DNA of 64,000 nucleotides from an uncultured Acidobacteriota bacterium (GCA_963714745.1 CAVQPK010000002.1:2239531-2303530), one strand, 5' to 3'; numbered from the stretch's first letter, positions 53,622-63,040 are shown. Translations and numbers: made by a program. Notes: generated by a model from the letters alone, not told the origin.

Positions 53622-54389
53622 TCACAGCCGACGGGCGAGGACCAGCAGGCGGGGCGACCCGGCCGTGAACGGGCTGCCGCGATGGTCGCCGAGCACGTGC
53701 TCGACGTCGAAGCCGATCCCGTAGAGGGTCGACTCCAGCTCCCGGCGCGTCACCCGGTCGAGCTCGAAGTCGATCTCGAGCCGGTCGACCACCCGGTCGT
53801 CGACCCAGCGCCTGACGACGTAGAGGTAGCGGACCCTGGTCCTGCTCCGGTCGCGGCCGCTGCGCTCCTCGGTCAGCTTCTCGACCAGGTGCCCGCGGTG
53901 TGCGGTGCGGAACGACGAGCGGATGCTCGTCCCGTGCCGGTCCTGCGGCGAGGAGTTGGCCAGGTCCGCGATCAGCAGACCGCCCGTCTCGAGGTGGCCT
54001 GCGACCCGCTCGAGGGCGGCGCGGCGCCGATCGGGTCCCAGCACCATGTTGAGCGTGCTGAACGCCAGAATCGCCGTCCGGTAGCGGCCCGGCAACGCGA
54101 GCCCGGCGATGTCCTGGCGGGCGAAGCGGAGCCGGATCGCATCCGGGGCGGGGAGGCCGGCGCGGCGGTGGCGGGCCCGCCGCAGCATCGGCTCGGCGAG
54201 GTCCACCCCGGTGACCCGGTGACCGGCACGGGCGAGCGGGATCGCGATCCGGCCAGTGCCGCAGCCGAGGTCCAGCACCGGGCCTCTCGGTCGCTCGGTC
54301 TCGAGGGTCCGCAGGTAGAAGTCGACGTCGTCGGTGGCGTGGCGATACTCGTCGTCGTAGAGCCGTGCCAGGGTGCCGTATGAGCCCAT
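53622..54389 (-). CDS. Class I SAM-dependent methyltransferase
   Basis: Full listed ORF. 'VLDLGCGTGRIAIPLARAGHRVTGVDL' is motif I. Confidence 0.85.
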   Translation of the reverse strand: MGSYGTLARLYDDEYRHATDDVDFYLRTLETERPRGPVLDLGCGTGRIAIPLARAGHRVTGVDLAEPMLRRARHRRAGLPAPDAIRLRFARQDIAGLALPGRYRTAILAFSTLNMVLGPDRRRAALERVAGHLETGGLLIADLANSSPQDRHGTSIRSSFRTAHRGHLVEKLTEERSGRDRSRTRVRYLYVVRRWVDDRVVDRLEIDFELDRVTRRELESTLYGIGFDVEHVLGDHRGSPFTAGSPRLLVLARRL

Positions 54390-54485
54390 GGGCGGAACGC
54401 CCGCCCGGCCCTTCCCCGGCCGGCGGACGGCGTGGTATAGCGCGAGTCGGGCGGCGGCGCAAGGGGTCCTGCTACTCTTCGCGCC

Positions 54486-56774
54486 ATGCCGTTTCGCGCA
54501 ACCGGCCTGGTCGGCCCGCTCCTGCTCCTGCTTTCGGCCGTCCCACCGCCGGCGGGTGCCGGCGACGGCGAGCGCCGCACGCTGACGCTGCTGGTCACCT
54601 CGGGCACAGCGGGTCGGCTGGTGGCCGACGACGGGAGCACCCCGGCGACCCTGGCGGCTCTGGTCCGCGACCTGACGCGCCGGGCCGGGCCGGACGTCGT
54701 CGTGCTCGACGCGGGCCGGACCGTCGCGCCCTACGCCGAGTCACGGCCCGACGAGGGCCGCGCGGTGCTCGACGCGCTTGCAGCCGCCGGCTGTGAGGCC
54801 TTCGCTCCGGACCCGATCGACTTCGCCAAGGGCCTGGACAGGATGGCCGTGCTGGCGTCTGAGGCGCCGTTTCCCGTCCTGGGACCGGTCCCGGATCGTC
54901 GCCTGGCGCCCCTCGCGGCGAACGCGCGGGTCGATCTCGGCCGTGGGCTCGAGGTCGAGCTGACCAGCGTCTTCGACCCTGCCTTCACCGCGTCCCTCGA
55001 GGCGGCGGGGGCCTCCGAGCCGGGCCTCGGCGTCGCGGACGCCGGCGAGCCGGCGGCGGACCGGTTCCGGGTCGCTGTGGTCCACAGCCGCGGCGCCGGA
55101 CCGTCGCTGGCGGACCGCCCCTGGCTGTGGCGACTGCTCGAGCGGCCCGGTGGGTCCCGGCTGCTGCTCGACCCCGATCTCGAGCACGACCTGGTCGTGC
55201 GCCGGGAGGGCCCCGACGGCCCGGTCTTCCTGGTCGGCCGCGCCCTGCCTGCCCCGGGCAGCTGGACCGTGGTGCGCGTGGAGGTCGAGCTCGAGCGCAG
55301 CGGGGGCGTGTGGCAGGCATCGGAGGTGCGAGCCGAGTCGGTCGGCCCCGGCCCGGGGCTCGAGGTCGACGCCGGGCTCGAGGCCCGGATCCTGGCGGCT
55401 GTCGACGCCTTCCGGCGGGCGCGGTCGGACCTCCTCCCCGCCGCGGCGCCGCGCGACCAGGCCGGGCTCGAGCGGTTCGCGCTGGAGGCCCTGCGCGAGG
55501 TGGCGAGGGCCGAGGTCGCGGTCCTCAACCGCGGCGCGCTGCGGCCGGTGTCCCCGGCGCTGCTCGGCGATGGCCCGGCCACCGAGGAGGCGGTGGTGCG
55601 GATGCTGTCCCTCGACCAAGCGGTCCTGGCGGTGGAGCTCGACGGCGCCGAGCTGCGCGCGCTCGCACTGGACAGCGCCCGCCGGCCGCGCCGCTCCGAC
55701 GGGCGCCCGCCCCGCGACAGCCTGGTCTTCCTCGGCCTCGAGTACTCCGCCACCGACGCCGGGTCCCCGGCGGCCGCGATCGCCGGGCTCCGGGTCAACG
55801 GCCGCGCCCTGCGCGACGACGACCGCTACCGGGTCGCCGTGGGCGGCTACCTCGCCGCCGGTGGCGACGGCTACGAGCTGATCGCGAAGGCCGGGCCCGT
55901 CCCGCCGGACAGCGCGGAAGGGCGGCCGCTCGAGCTGCGCGACGACGTGGTGCTGCCGCGGCTGCGGTCGGCGGAGCGCGGGTTCGTCGACCTCGCCCGC
56001 CGGCCGGTCTGGCGTTGGGGCGTCGACCGCCTCGGCTTCTCGATGTCGGGGGTGACCACCGATCGTCCCGACGGATACCAGGGCTCGTCGGACTCGCGAG
56101 CCCGCGCCGACGACAGCTTCAGCCTGATGCTCGACGCCCGGCTGCGCGCCGACCGCGAGCTTCCCTCGTGGCGGTGGGAGAACCGGCTCGGTGCGCGCCT
56201 CGGCCTGCTCGACGTGGCCGATGCCGAGCGCACGGAGACCGACGACGACCTCCGGCTCGACTCGGCGGCCCTGTGGAGCGAGTCCGGGCTGCCGCTCGGC
56301 GCTCACCCCTACGTCGGTCTCACGGTGGACTCGGAGCTGCGCCGCAACCGTGACCGCTCGGGCGATGCGGCCCCCCGGCAGCTCGAGACCAGCGCGTCCG
56401 CCGGAGTGGCGTGGTCGTGGCCGCTGGTGCCGCGGCTCCGGCTCGGCCTGGTGGCGCGCGACTACGGGCCGCTCGACCGGCCGTCGCGTTTCGGCGTGAT
56501 CGCCGAGGGCCAGCTGCTGGTGAAGCCGGGCGACCGGCGGCTCGGGCTCGACCTTCGCGTGCTGCTCGAGAGCCTCGGCGAGGGTGGGACGCGCGTGCGT
56601 CGGGCGGACCTCGACGCGCGGCTGCTGGTGCCGATCCGGGGCAGCCTCGTGCTCACCCCGGGGTTGAACTGGTACCTCTACGACGAGTCGGAGATCCCCG
56701 GCGGCGTGGGCTACCTGCAGATCTCGGTCGGGCTCGGATACTCCTGGACCACCCGCACGCCGCGGGTCGATTGA
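54486..56774 (+). CDS. Secreted 5'-nucleotidase/metallophosphoesterase-like protein with degenerate catalytic motifs, fused to a beta-rich C-terminal domain
   Basis: Full listed ORF (762 aa) with a signal peptide. The 5'-nucleotidase C-domain-like segment is 'LRVNGRALRDDDRYRVAVGGYLAAGGDGYELI'. At the N-terminal positions of the metal-binding motifs it reads 'LLVTSGTAGRL', 'LDAGRTVAPY' and 'FAPDPIDFAKG'. Confidence 0.75.
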   Translation: MPFRATGLVGPLLLLLSAVPPPAGAGDGERRTLTLLVTSGTAGRLVADDGSTPATLAALVRDLTRRAGPDVVVLDAGRTVAPYAESRPDEGRAVLDALAAAGCEAFAPDPIDFAKGLDRMAVLASEAPFPVLGPVPDRRLAPLAANARVDLGRGLEVELTSVFDPAFTASLEAAGASEPGLGVADAGEPAADRFRVAVVHSRGAGPSLADRPWLWRLLERPGGSRLLLDPDLEHDLVVRREGPDGPVFLVGRALPAPGSWTVVRVEVELERSGGVWQASEVRAESVGPGPGLEVDAGLEARILAAVDAFRRARSDLLPAAAPRDQAGLERFALEALREVARAEVAVLNRGALRPVSPALLGDGPATEEAVVRMLSLDQAVLAVELDGAELRALALDSARRPRRSDGRPPRDSLVFLGLEYSATDAGSPAAAIAGLRVNGRALRDDDRYRVAVGGYLAAGGDGYELIAKAGPVPPDSAEGRPLELRDDVVLPRLRSAERGFVDLARRPVWRWGVDRLGFSMSGVTTDRPDGYQGSSDSRARADDSFSLMLDARLRADRELPSWRWENRLGARLGLLDVADAERTETDDDLRLDSAALWSESGLPLGAHPYVGLTVDSELRRNRDRSGDAAPRQLETSASAGVAWSWPLVPRLRLGLVARDYGPLDRPSRFGVIAEGQLLVKPGDRRLGLDLRVLLESLGEGGTRVRRADLDARLLVPIRGSLVLTPGLNWYLYDESEIPGGVGYLQISVGLGYSWTTRTPRVD

Positions 56775-56993
56775 CCTACGGGGCACGGCGCACGCCTGAC
56801 CCGAGAACCACGCGGACAGTGAGCGGACCGGGTCGCAGCGCGTACCCGGCGGGCAACGGATACCGGGATCGGGCAGCGGGCGGCCGGGCTCGGATCCGGG
56901 CTCGCGTCGCCGCCCTGGCCGCCGACGCCGCCCGTCTCCGGTCGCCCGCCCGGTGGGGGAGGGACCCCGGGTCGGCGCTGCCCGCGCCGTGCT

Positions 56994-58254
56994 TCAGTCC
57001 ACCGCGCCGAGCAGGAGCGCGGCCGCGGCCTCGACGCCGGTGCGGATCGCCGCCTCGTCGGGCTGGAAGGTCGCGGTGTGGACGTAGCTGGTCCAGCCCT
57101 TCTCGGCGTTGCCGACCCCGAGGTGGAAGTAGAAGCCGGGCATCTCGCGCGCCAGCCAGGCGAAGTCCTCGGCGGCCATGATCGGCTCGGTGGGCTGCAC
57201 CGCGCCTTCGCCGAGCACCGCCGTCATCGCGGCCACCGAGCGCGCGGTCAGCTCTGCGTCGTTGACCAGCACGGGGTTCATACGCTCGTAGTCCACCGTG
57301 CAGGTCGCCCGGTGGGCGGCGCAGACCCCGTCCACGATCCGCCGGATCGCGGCCTCGGCGTGGTCGTGGCTGGCCTCGTCGAGGGTGCGCACGGTCCCGG
57401 TCAGCTCCGCCGAGCCGGCGATGATGTTGAACCGGCTGCCGGCGATGAAGGTCCCGATCGACACCACCACCGGACGCCGCGCGTCGATCTCGCGCGCCGC
57501 CACACCCTGCAGCGCACTCACCACCTGGGAAGCCACCCAGATCGCGTCGACCCCGTCGTGGGGCGCCGAGCCGTGGGTCGCTCGGCCCTCGACCCGGATC
57601 GTGAGGCGGTCGGCGGACGCCATCAGTCCGCCCGAGCGCCATCCCACAGTGCCCGCCTCCAGGGTGGGCATCACGTGGAGGCCGAAGATCGCTTCCGGCC
57701 GCGGGTGGTCGAGAGCGCCTTCGGCCAGCACCAGCGGTCGCGCCGCCCTCCTCGCCGGGCGGCGGGCCCTCCTCGGCGGGCTGGAAGAGGAAGATCACCG
57801 TGCCCTCGAGCTCCGCCCGCATCCCGGCCAGCAGCTCGGCCGCGCCGAGCCCGACCGTGAGGTGCAGGTCGTGGCCGCAGGCGTGCATCACGCCGGGGTT
57901 CTCCGACCGCCACGGCACGTCCACCGCCTCCTCGATCGGCAGCGCGTCGATGTCCGAGCGCCAGGCCCGCACCGGCCCCGGCAGCGCGCCCCGGAGCACC
58001 GCCACCGCCCCGTGGCCGGCGATCCCGGTGCGGACCTCGAGCCCCAGCGCCTCGAGCCGCCGCGCGATCTCCGCCCCGGTCTCGACCTCACGGTTGGAAA
58101 GCTCGGGATGGCGGTGGAACCACCGCCGGCACTCGATCAGCCCGGGCTCCAGCCTCGCAGCCTCGGAGCGGATGCGCGCGGCCAAGGCGGGGTCGAGGGC
58201 GGTGGCGGAGAGCGACGGCAGGACGACCAGCAGCGTGGCGAGAAGGCGTCTCAT
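56994..58254 (-). pseudogene. M20 family amidohydrolase (hippurate hydrolase / aminoacylase-like) with one frameshift near 57735-57770
   Basis: The N-terminal about 165 aa ('FHRHPELSNRE', 'MHACGHDLH', 'FLFQPAEEG') are in ORF 56776..58254. The remainder ('MLAEGALD...IFGLHV...GRATHGSAPH...AEDFAW') is in ORF 56994..57731, in a different frame. Confidence 0.8.
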
Positions 58255-58295
58255 GGGAACGTCATACCACGGTCGCGGCCGCCGTCAAGCGGCAA

Positions 58296-58836
58296 GGAAC
58301 CACAGAAACACAACGCGGCCCGTGCCGGCAACCCAAGCTGTCGGAAAGGCGAGGCGGCTGTGTCCATGGTGAGGCGCGTGAGAGTCCGGGTTTCGGGGGA
58401 CGGGGTGCAGCTCCGGGACCCGGTGCCGACCCGGGGCCGAGTCGCGGGGTGGGTCAGGTCCGACACCCCCCGCTGTCACCTTGAGCGGAGCGGCCTCCGA
58501 GGCCGCGCAGTCGAAAGGTCCCCTCCGGGAAACGAGCCCCGCGCCAAACAAGCCCGTCCTCTCGTAGCCGACCCTGGATCGAATCGCGAGGCCGGTCAGG
58601 CCCGATGCCGCCGCCCGTCCCCCGACCGCCCGAGCCCCGGAACGGAAGGCGGCGATCCGAGTCGAGACCCCGAGCGTGGAACGCGCGTGAGAGTCCGGGA
58701 TTCGGGGGACGGGGCGCGGGACCGGGCCCCGTCCCCCGAACCCCGGAATGGAGCGCACCCGTCCACCGGAGGCGATCGCCTGCGACAACCGGCAGCTCGG
58801 GTTGCGGGCACGGCCCGCGCTGAGCCTCTGCGGTTC
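58296..58836. repeat. Repeat element of about 540 bp bounded by inverted GAACC(A/G)CAGA arrays, containing a 32-nt direct repeat
   Basis: 'GGAACCACAGAAACACAAC' (58296-58314) is inverted relative to 'CCTCTGCGGTTC' (58825-58836). The direct repeat 'GCGCGTGAGAGTCCGGG(T/A)TTCGGGGGACGGGG' lies at 58374-58405 and 58683-58714 (31 of 32 identical). An inverted copy lies at 28631-28653. Confidence 0.75.
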
Positions 58837-59497
58837 ACTGCTCCGGTGCGGGTGGAGCCGGAGGAGGTGGTGGGGCGAGCTCGCGGCGCAGGGCCTGGAC
58901 GTTGATGTAGGTCAGCCAGCCGCCGAGCAGGAGGTAGAACCAGTCGAAGGCGGTCACCGCCCACACCGCCAGGGCGAGGGTCAGGGTCACGGACAGTCCC
59001 CTGGCGGCGAGCCGGCCCGACCGGCCCGCGACCGCGCCGGCGGCGGCGGCGACGATGGTTCCGCCGTCGAGGGGCAGGACCGGCAGCAGGTTGAGCACCC
59101 CCCAGCCGAGGTTCACCCAGACCGCGAACTCGAGGGCGCGGGTCGCCAGCCCTTCGGTCGGCAGCGTCCCGAGGAGCGCCATGAAGGTCACGCCGAGGGC
59201 GATCCCGACCGCGGGGCCGGCGGCGGTCACGCCGATCTCCTGCGCGGTCGTCATCCGCCGGACCGGGCGCCACGAGGTCAGGCCGCCGAAGGTGTGCAAC
59301 ACGATCTCGGGTCGGGCGCCGAGGCGGCGGGCGGCGGAGGCGTGGCCGAGCTCGTGCAGCAGCACCCCGGCGAAGACCGTGAGCACCCAGACCAGCTGGC
59401 CGAGGGGGTCGGGGATGCCGCGGCCGATCATCCAGGCCATGATGAAGAACCAGGGCTCGACGGTGACCGGGAACCCGGCGAGAGTGAAGCGGATCAC
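58835..59497 (-). CDS. M50 family (site-2 protease-like) membrane metalloprotease
   Basis: GTG 59497 overlaps the upstream stop (GTGA). Motifs: 'LLHELGHASAARRLG', 'NLLPVLPLDGG'. Confidence 0.8.
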   Translation of the reverse strand: MIRFTLAGFPVTVEPWFFIMAWMIGRGIPDPLGQLVWVLTVFAGVLLHELGHASAARRLGARPEIVLHTFGGLTSWRPVRRMTTAQEIGVTAAGPAVGIALGVTFMALLGTLPTEGLATRALEFAVWVNLGWGVLNLLPVLPLDGGTIVAAAAGAVAGRSGRLAARGLSVTLTLALAVWAVTAFDWFYLLLGGWLTYINVQALRRELAPPPPPAPPAPEQ

Positions 59498-60987
59498 GAG
59501 ACGGTCGTCCGCCGCTGCAGCATGCGGTTGGCCGGATCGCGGGACTCGCCCACCGACGACACCCGGATCGCCGCCTGCTCGCCCACCGGACAGCGGTTCT
59601 CGCACAGCCCGCAGCCGGTGCACAGCTCGGGTGCGACCCGCGGCTGCTGAAGGCTGATCGTCCGCCCGTCCCTGGTCCTGACCTCGGCGGTGGAGAACCA
59701 GATCGCTTTGGGAGAGGTCGGGCACATCTCCTCGCACACGATGCACGGGGTGCCCATCGCCCACGGCAGGCAGCGGCCGAGGTCGAAGAAGGCGGTGCCG
59801 ATGCGGACCTCCGCCGGGCCGCCGATGGCCTGCTTCGCGGCGGCCGGGACCAGCGCGATCGCGCCGGTGGGGCAGACCTCGCCACAGCGGGTGCACGAGG
59901 GTTCGCACCAGCCCCGGCGCGGGACCAGCACCGGGGTCAGCAGGCCCTCGAGACCGGTGCGGCCGAGGTCGGGGACCAGGGCCCCGGTGGGGCACGAGGC
60001 CATGCACGCGCCGCAGGTCACGCAGCGGGCGAGAAAGGCCCGCTCGTCGAGCGCACCCGGTGGACGGACGGCGTCGGCGGCGCGAGCCTCCAGCCCGCCG
60101 CCGGCGACGCGCAGGGCCGGGGCGACCGCGGCGGCGCCGACGGTCGCGATCAGGAATCGGCGGCGTCCGACGTCGAGGGCCGGCGTGGCCAGCGGGGCCT
60201 TCTCCCGGACCGGCAGCCGGTAGCCGAGGCTCGCCTCGGGGCAGGTCGGCAGGCAGTTGAGGCACACGTGGCATTCGCTGACCCGGTGCTCGCCGAGGGG
60301 CTCGTCGGCCCCCTGGCAGGCGAAGAGGCACAGCGTGCACCCGCTGCAGCTCGCGCCCGCCCGTCGGATGCGGGCCGGAGCCGCGCGTGCGACCAGGCCG
60401 AGCAGCGCGCCGAGCGGGCACAGCGCCCGGCAGAAGAGCCGGGGCATTGCTGCGGAGGCGAGCAGCACCGCTGCCAGCAGGACGACCGAGAGCCACCCGC
60501 CCGGGGCCGGCACGCCGTGCCACAGCGGCCACAGCCCGGCCGCCACCCCTCGCTCGAGGAGCGGGATCGGGTCGAGCCAGCCGGCGCGCACCGAGCCCAG
60601 CGCCGCCCACACCAGGAGCACCGCGAGCACCAGGTACTTGATCGCGAACCACGGCCGGTAGCGGTTGAGCTTCGGCCGCGTGCGCCGGCTCGGCCCGGCG
60701 ATCCACGAGACCAGCTGCTGGAGCGTGCCGAGGGGGCAGATCCAGCCGCAGAAGACCCGGCCGAGCACCGCCGTGACCGCCAGCACCACCAGCCCGATCC
60801 AGGCCAGCCGCGGGACCGTCCAGTCGGCGAGGCCGGAGGTGACGGCGGTGAGCGGGTCGAGCGCGATCAGCACCGACGCCGTGCCGCCGTCGACCCGGCT
60901 GTCGGTGAGGCCCCAGAACAGCCCCAGAAAAGCGAGCAGGAAGAGCGCCTGGCCGGCGATCCGCACTCTGCGCGCGCCCCGGCCCAC
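59494..60987 (-). CDS. Membrane-anchored polyferredoxin (NapH/MauN-like N-terminal CxxxCP motifs plus multiple 4Fe-4S CxxCxxCxxxCP motifs)
   Basis: Full listed ORF (497 aa). Motifs: 'FCGWICPLGT', 'FCRALCPLGA', 'CVTCGACMASCPTGAL', 'CTRCGEVCPTGAI', 'CIVCEEMCPTSP', 'CTGCGLCENRCPVG'. Confidence 0.85.
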   Translation of the reverse strand: MGRGARRVRIAGQALFLLAFLGLFWGLTDSRVDGGTASVLIALDPLTAVTSGLADWTVPRLAWIGLVVLAVTAVLGRVFCGWICPLGTLQQLVSWIAGPSRRTRPKLNRYRPWFAIKYLVLAVLLVWAALGSVRAGWLDPIPLLERGVAAGLWPLWHGVPAPGGWLSVVLLAAVLLASAAMPRLFCRALCPLGALLGLVARAAPARIRRAGASCSGCTLCLFACQGADEPLGEHRVSECHVCLNCLPTCPEASLGYRLPVREKAPLATPALDVGRRRFLIATVGAAAVAPALRVAGGGLEARAADAVRPPGALDERAFLARCVTCGACMASCPTGALVPDLGRTGLEGLLTPVLVPRRGWCEPSCTRCGEVCPTGAIALVPAAAKQAIGGPAEVRIGTAFFDLGRCLPWAMGTPCIVCEEMCPTSPKAIWFSTAEVRTRDGRTISLQQPRVAPELCTGCGLCENRCPVGEQAAIRVSSVGESRDPANRMLQRRTTVS

Positions 60988-61977
60988 TCAGACCTCCGTC
61001 GCCACCGAGGTCCACTCGGTGGTGCCGAGCCCGAGCCGGGCGGCGATCGCGAGGTGGGCCAGCTCGCGGGGACCGAGCCCGAGCCGCGCCGCTCCCCAGG
61101 CGTCGGCGGCCACCGGGTCGGTGGCGACCGCCACCAGGTCGTCCGGCCGCACCAGGTCGAGGGAGCCGCCGGTGGGTCCGCCGCCGGTCAGCACCCGGGT
61201 CGCGTCGACCACGGTCAGGGTCGGCCGCAGGGCCGCGCCGAGCTCGGCGCAGACCTGGGGCAGCCGCTGGTGGAGCGAGCCGCGCGGTCCGACCACCGCG
61301 CCGAACCAGTTCTTCATGCCGAGGGTGGCGCGGCCGAGCGAGTGGTGCTTGACCACCGGCACGTTGATCACCCGATCCGCCTCGGCCAGGGGCTCGAGCA
61401 CGCGCCAGGTGCCGAGGGCGGTTCCGCCGAGGTCGAGCTCGACGGTGCCGGCGTTGCCCTGGTGGAGCACCGCGGCGCCGGCTTCCCGGGCGGCCGGCCC
61501 GATCCGGGAGCGCTCGAAGGCGCGGCCGGGGTCGTGGCAGGTGTTGTCGAGCACGGTGACCTTCGCGGCGCCGGCGGCGAGGCACAGCCGGACCAGCTCG
61601 GCGACCAGGGTCGGGTCGGTGTTGGCGGCCTGCTCCGGCGTCCGGTCCCAGGCCACGTTGGGCTTGATCGCGATTCTCTCGCCCGGCCTGACGAAGGCCT
61701 CGATGCCGCCCATGGCGGCCAGGGCGCGGCCCAGGTTGGCGGCCGGGCCCCGGCCGCCGGCGATGACGATCCGACCGGCAGCGGCGGGCTCGACCCGCCA
61801 GTCGGGAGGCACGCCGGCGACCCCCTCTCCGGGCGGACGGTGGCGGCCGGGCCGTCCGGCGAGCGCCGCTCCAGCCGCGGCGAGCCCCGCCGCGGCGAGC
61901 GCGGCCGGTCCCCAGGTGGTGAGCAGCTCGCGCCGTCCGAGGCGGCCGTAGTCGGGGGGGGTGTGCTGGTCATGCAT
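60988..61977 (-). CDS. DUF362 domain protein with twin-arginine (Tat) signal
   Basis: Full listed ORF, GGAGGG upstream. 'LGRRELLTTWGPAALAAAGLAAAGA' looks like a Tat signal. 'IKPNVAW', 'NVPVVKHHSLGRATLGMKNWFG' and 'VVDATRVL' are DUF362-like, from memory. Confidence 0.8.
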   Translation of the reverse strand: MHDQHTPPDYGRLGRRELLTTWGPAALAAAGLAAAGAALAGRPGRHRPPGEGVAGVPPDWRVEPAAAGRIVIAGGRGPAANLGRALAAMGGIEAFVRPGERIAIKPNVAWDRTPEQAANTDPTLVAELVRLCLAAGAAKVTVLDNTCHDPGRAFERSRIGPAAREAGAAVLHQGNAGTVELDLGGTALGTWRVLEPLAEADRVINVPVVKHHSLGRATLGMKNWFGAVVGPRGSLHQRLPQVCAELGAALRPTLTVVDATRVLTGGGPTGGSLDLVRPDDLVAVATDPVAADAWGAARLGLGPRELAHLAIAARLGLGTTEWTSVATEV

Positions 61978-62014
61978 GGCGCCCTCCGTTCAACGATAGC
62001 GGACCTGCGGGGGT

Positions 62015-62767
62015 TCAGTCGAGGAGGTGGGTGCGGAGGAAGCCTCCCGCTTCGGCCAGCAGCCGCTCCAGGTGGCGGTCGGCGAAGGAGCGGTGGTCGG
62101 CCCCGGACACGGGTACGAAACGCGCTCGCGGGGCGGCGCGGGCGTAGGCCTCGCCATCGGCGAACGGCACCACGTCGTCGTCGGTGCCGTGGAGGATCAG
62201 CCACGGGCAGGCCACCCGGGCGGCGGCAGCGAGCGGGTCGTGGCGGGCCGCGTCGGTGAAGAAGCGGGCCCGGATCAGCTCGCCGGGAGAGACCTCGACC
62301 AGGTCCCCGGCTCGCCGCAGCCCGGGGCCGCCCCAGGCGGCGCGGGGGCGGTCCGGCAGCCGCGACGGCGACGCGACCGTCACCAGAGCGGTGACGGCGG
62401 GGTCGCTGGAGGCATGGAGCATGGCCACGGCGCCGCCGAGGGACGACCCGACCAGGGCGAGGCTGGAGACGATGCGGTCTCGCATCCAGGCGACCGCGGC
62501 CCCGAGGTCGGCCAGCTCGGCGGTGATCGTCAGGTCGGTGGGATCGCCCTCGCTCTCGCCGCGACCCGCGAAGTCGAAGCGCAGCGCGGCCCCGCCCAGC
62601 TCCGCGACCAGCGAGGCGACCGCCAGGTGCTTGGTGCTCCCCTTCGAGCTCAGCATGCCGTGGGCGATCACCGCACCCCAGCGGGGCGGCCCGGCCGCCG
62701 GGTGGTGGAGGGCTCCCGCCAGCCGCTGCCCGCTCGGGTTGACGAAGGAGACCCCCGCGACCGTCAC
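62015..62767 (-). CDS. Alpha/beta hydrolase
   Basis: GTG 62767, in frame with stop 62015. Nucleophile elbow 'LVGSSLGGAVA', plus 'LILHGTDDDVVPF' and 'GADHRS'. Confidence 0.8.
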   Translation of the reverse strand: MTVAGVSFVNPSGQRLAGALHHPAAGPPRWGAVIAHGMLSSKGSTKHLAVASLVAELGGAALRFDFAGRGESEGDPTDLTITAELADLGAAVAWMRDRIVSSLALVGSSLGGAVAMLHASSDPAVTALVTVASPSRLPDRPRAAWGGPGLRRAGDLVEVSPGELIRARFFTDAARHDPLAAAARVACPWLILHGTDDDVVPFADGEAYARAAPRARFVPVSGADHRSFADRHLERLLAEAGGFLRTHLLD

Positions 62768-62900
62768 GCGGTGACGGTAGCAAACGCCGGGCGGACGGGG
62801 CCAGCGGCCGTCGTGAGCGGGTCTGGTGTTCGGCCCCGCCCTCCCGGCACCGGTGGGACGCCCACGACCCTCGTGCGTTGACCGAACCCGTCGGGCAATA

Positions 62901-62960
62901 CCGCAGAGACCCAGAGGCACGGAGGGGACTCTCTGTGCTCCTCTGTGTCTGCCTCTGTGG
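62901..62960. repeat. Back-to-back inverted octamer arrays (solo hairpin of the CACAGAGG family)
   Basis: 'CCGCAGAGACCCAGAGGCACGGAGG' and 'CTCTCTGTGCTCCTCTGTGTCTGCCTCTGTGG' are separated by about 5 nt. Confidence 0.65.
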
Positions 62961-63040
62961 CTCGCTGCGATACCAGGTCTCATGACCTGGGTCAAGGCGG
63001 GGGCGGTCCGCGCGGTCGATGCTGGGGGTGGAGGACGACG

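Noticed and set aside
58285-58788. ORFs through the G-rich repeats, for example 58285..58788(-) at 167 aa, 58251..58466(-), 48885..49331(-) and 28421..28666(+).
   Set aside because: They translate to Pro/Gly/Arg/Ser low-complexity strings produced by the repeat itself, with no start context.
58835-61585. The 916-aa ORF spanning the M50, polyferredoxin and DUF362 region.
   Set aside because: Only its last about 220 codons (the M50 protease, from GTG 59497) look like protein. The rest is an out-of-frame read-through of the polyferredoxin and DUF362 genes.
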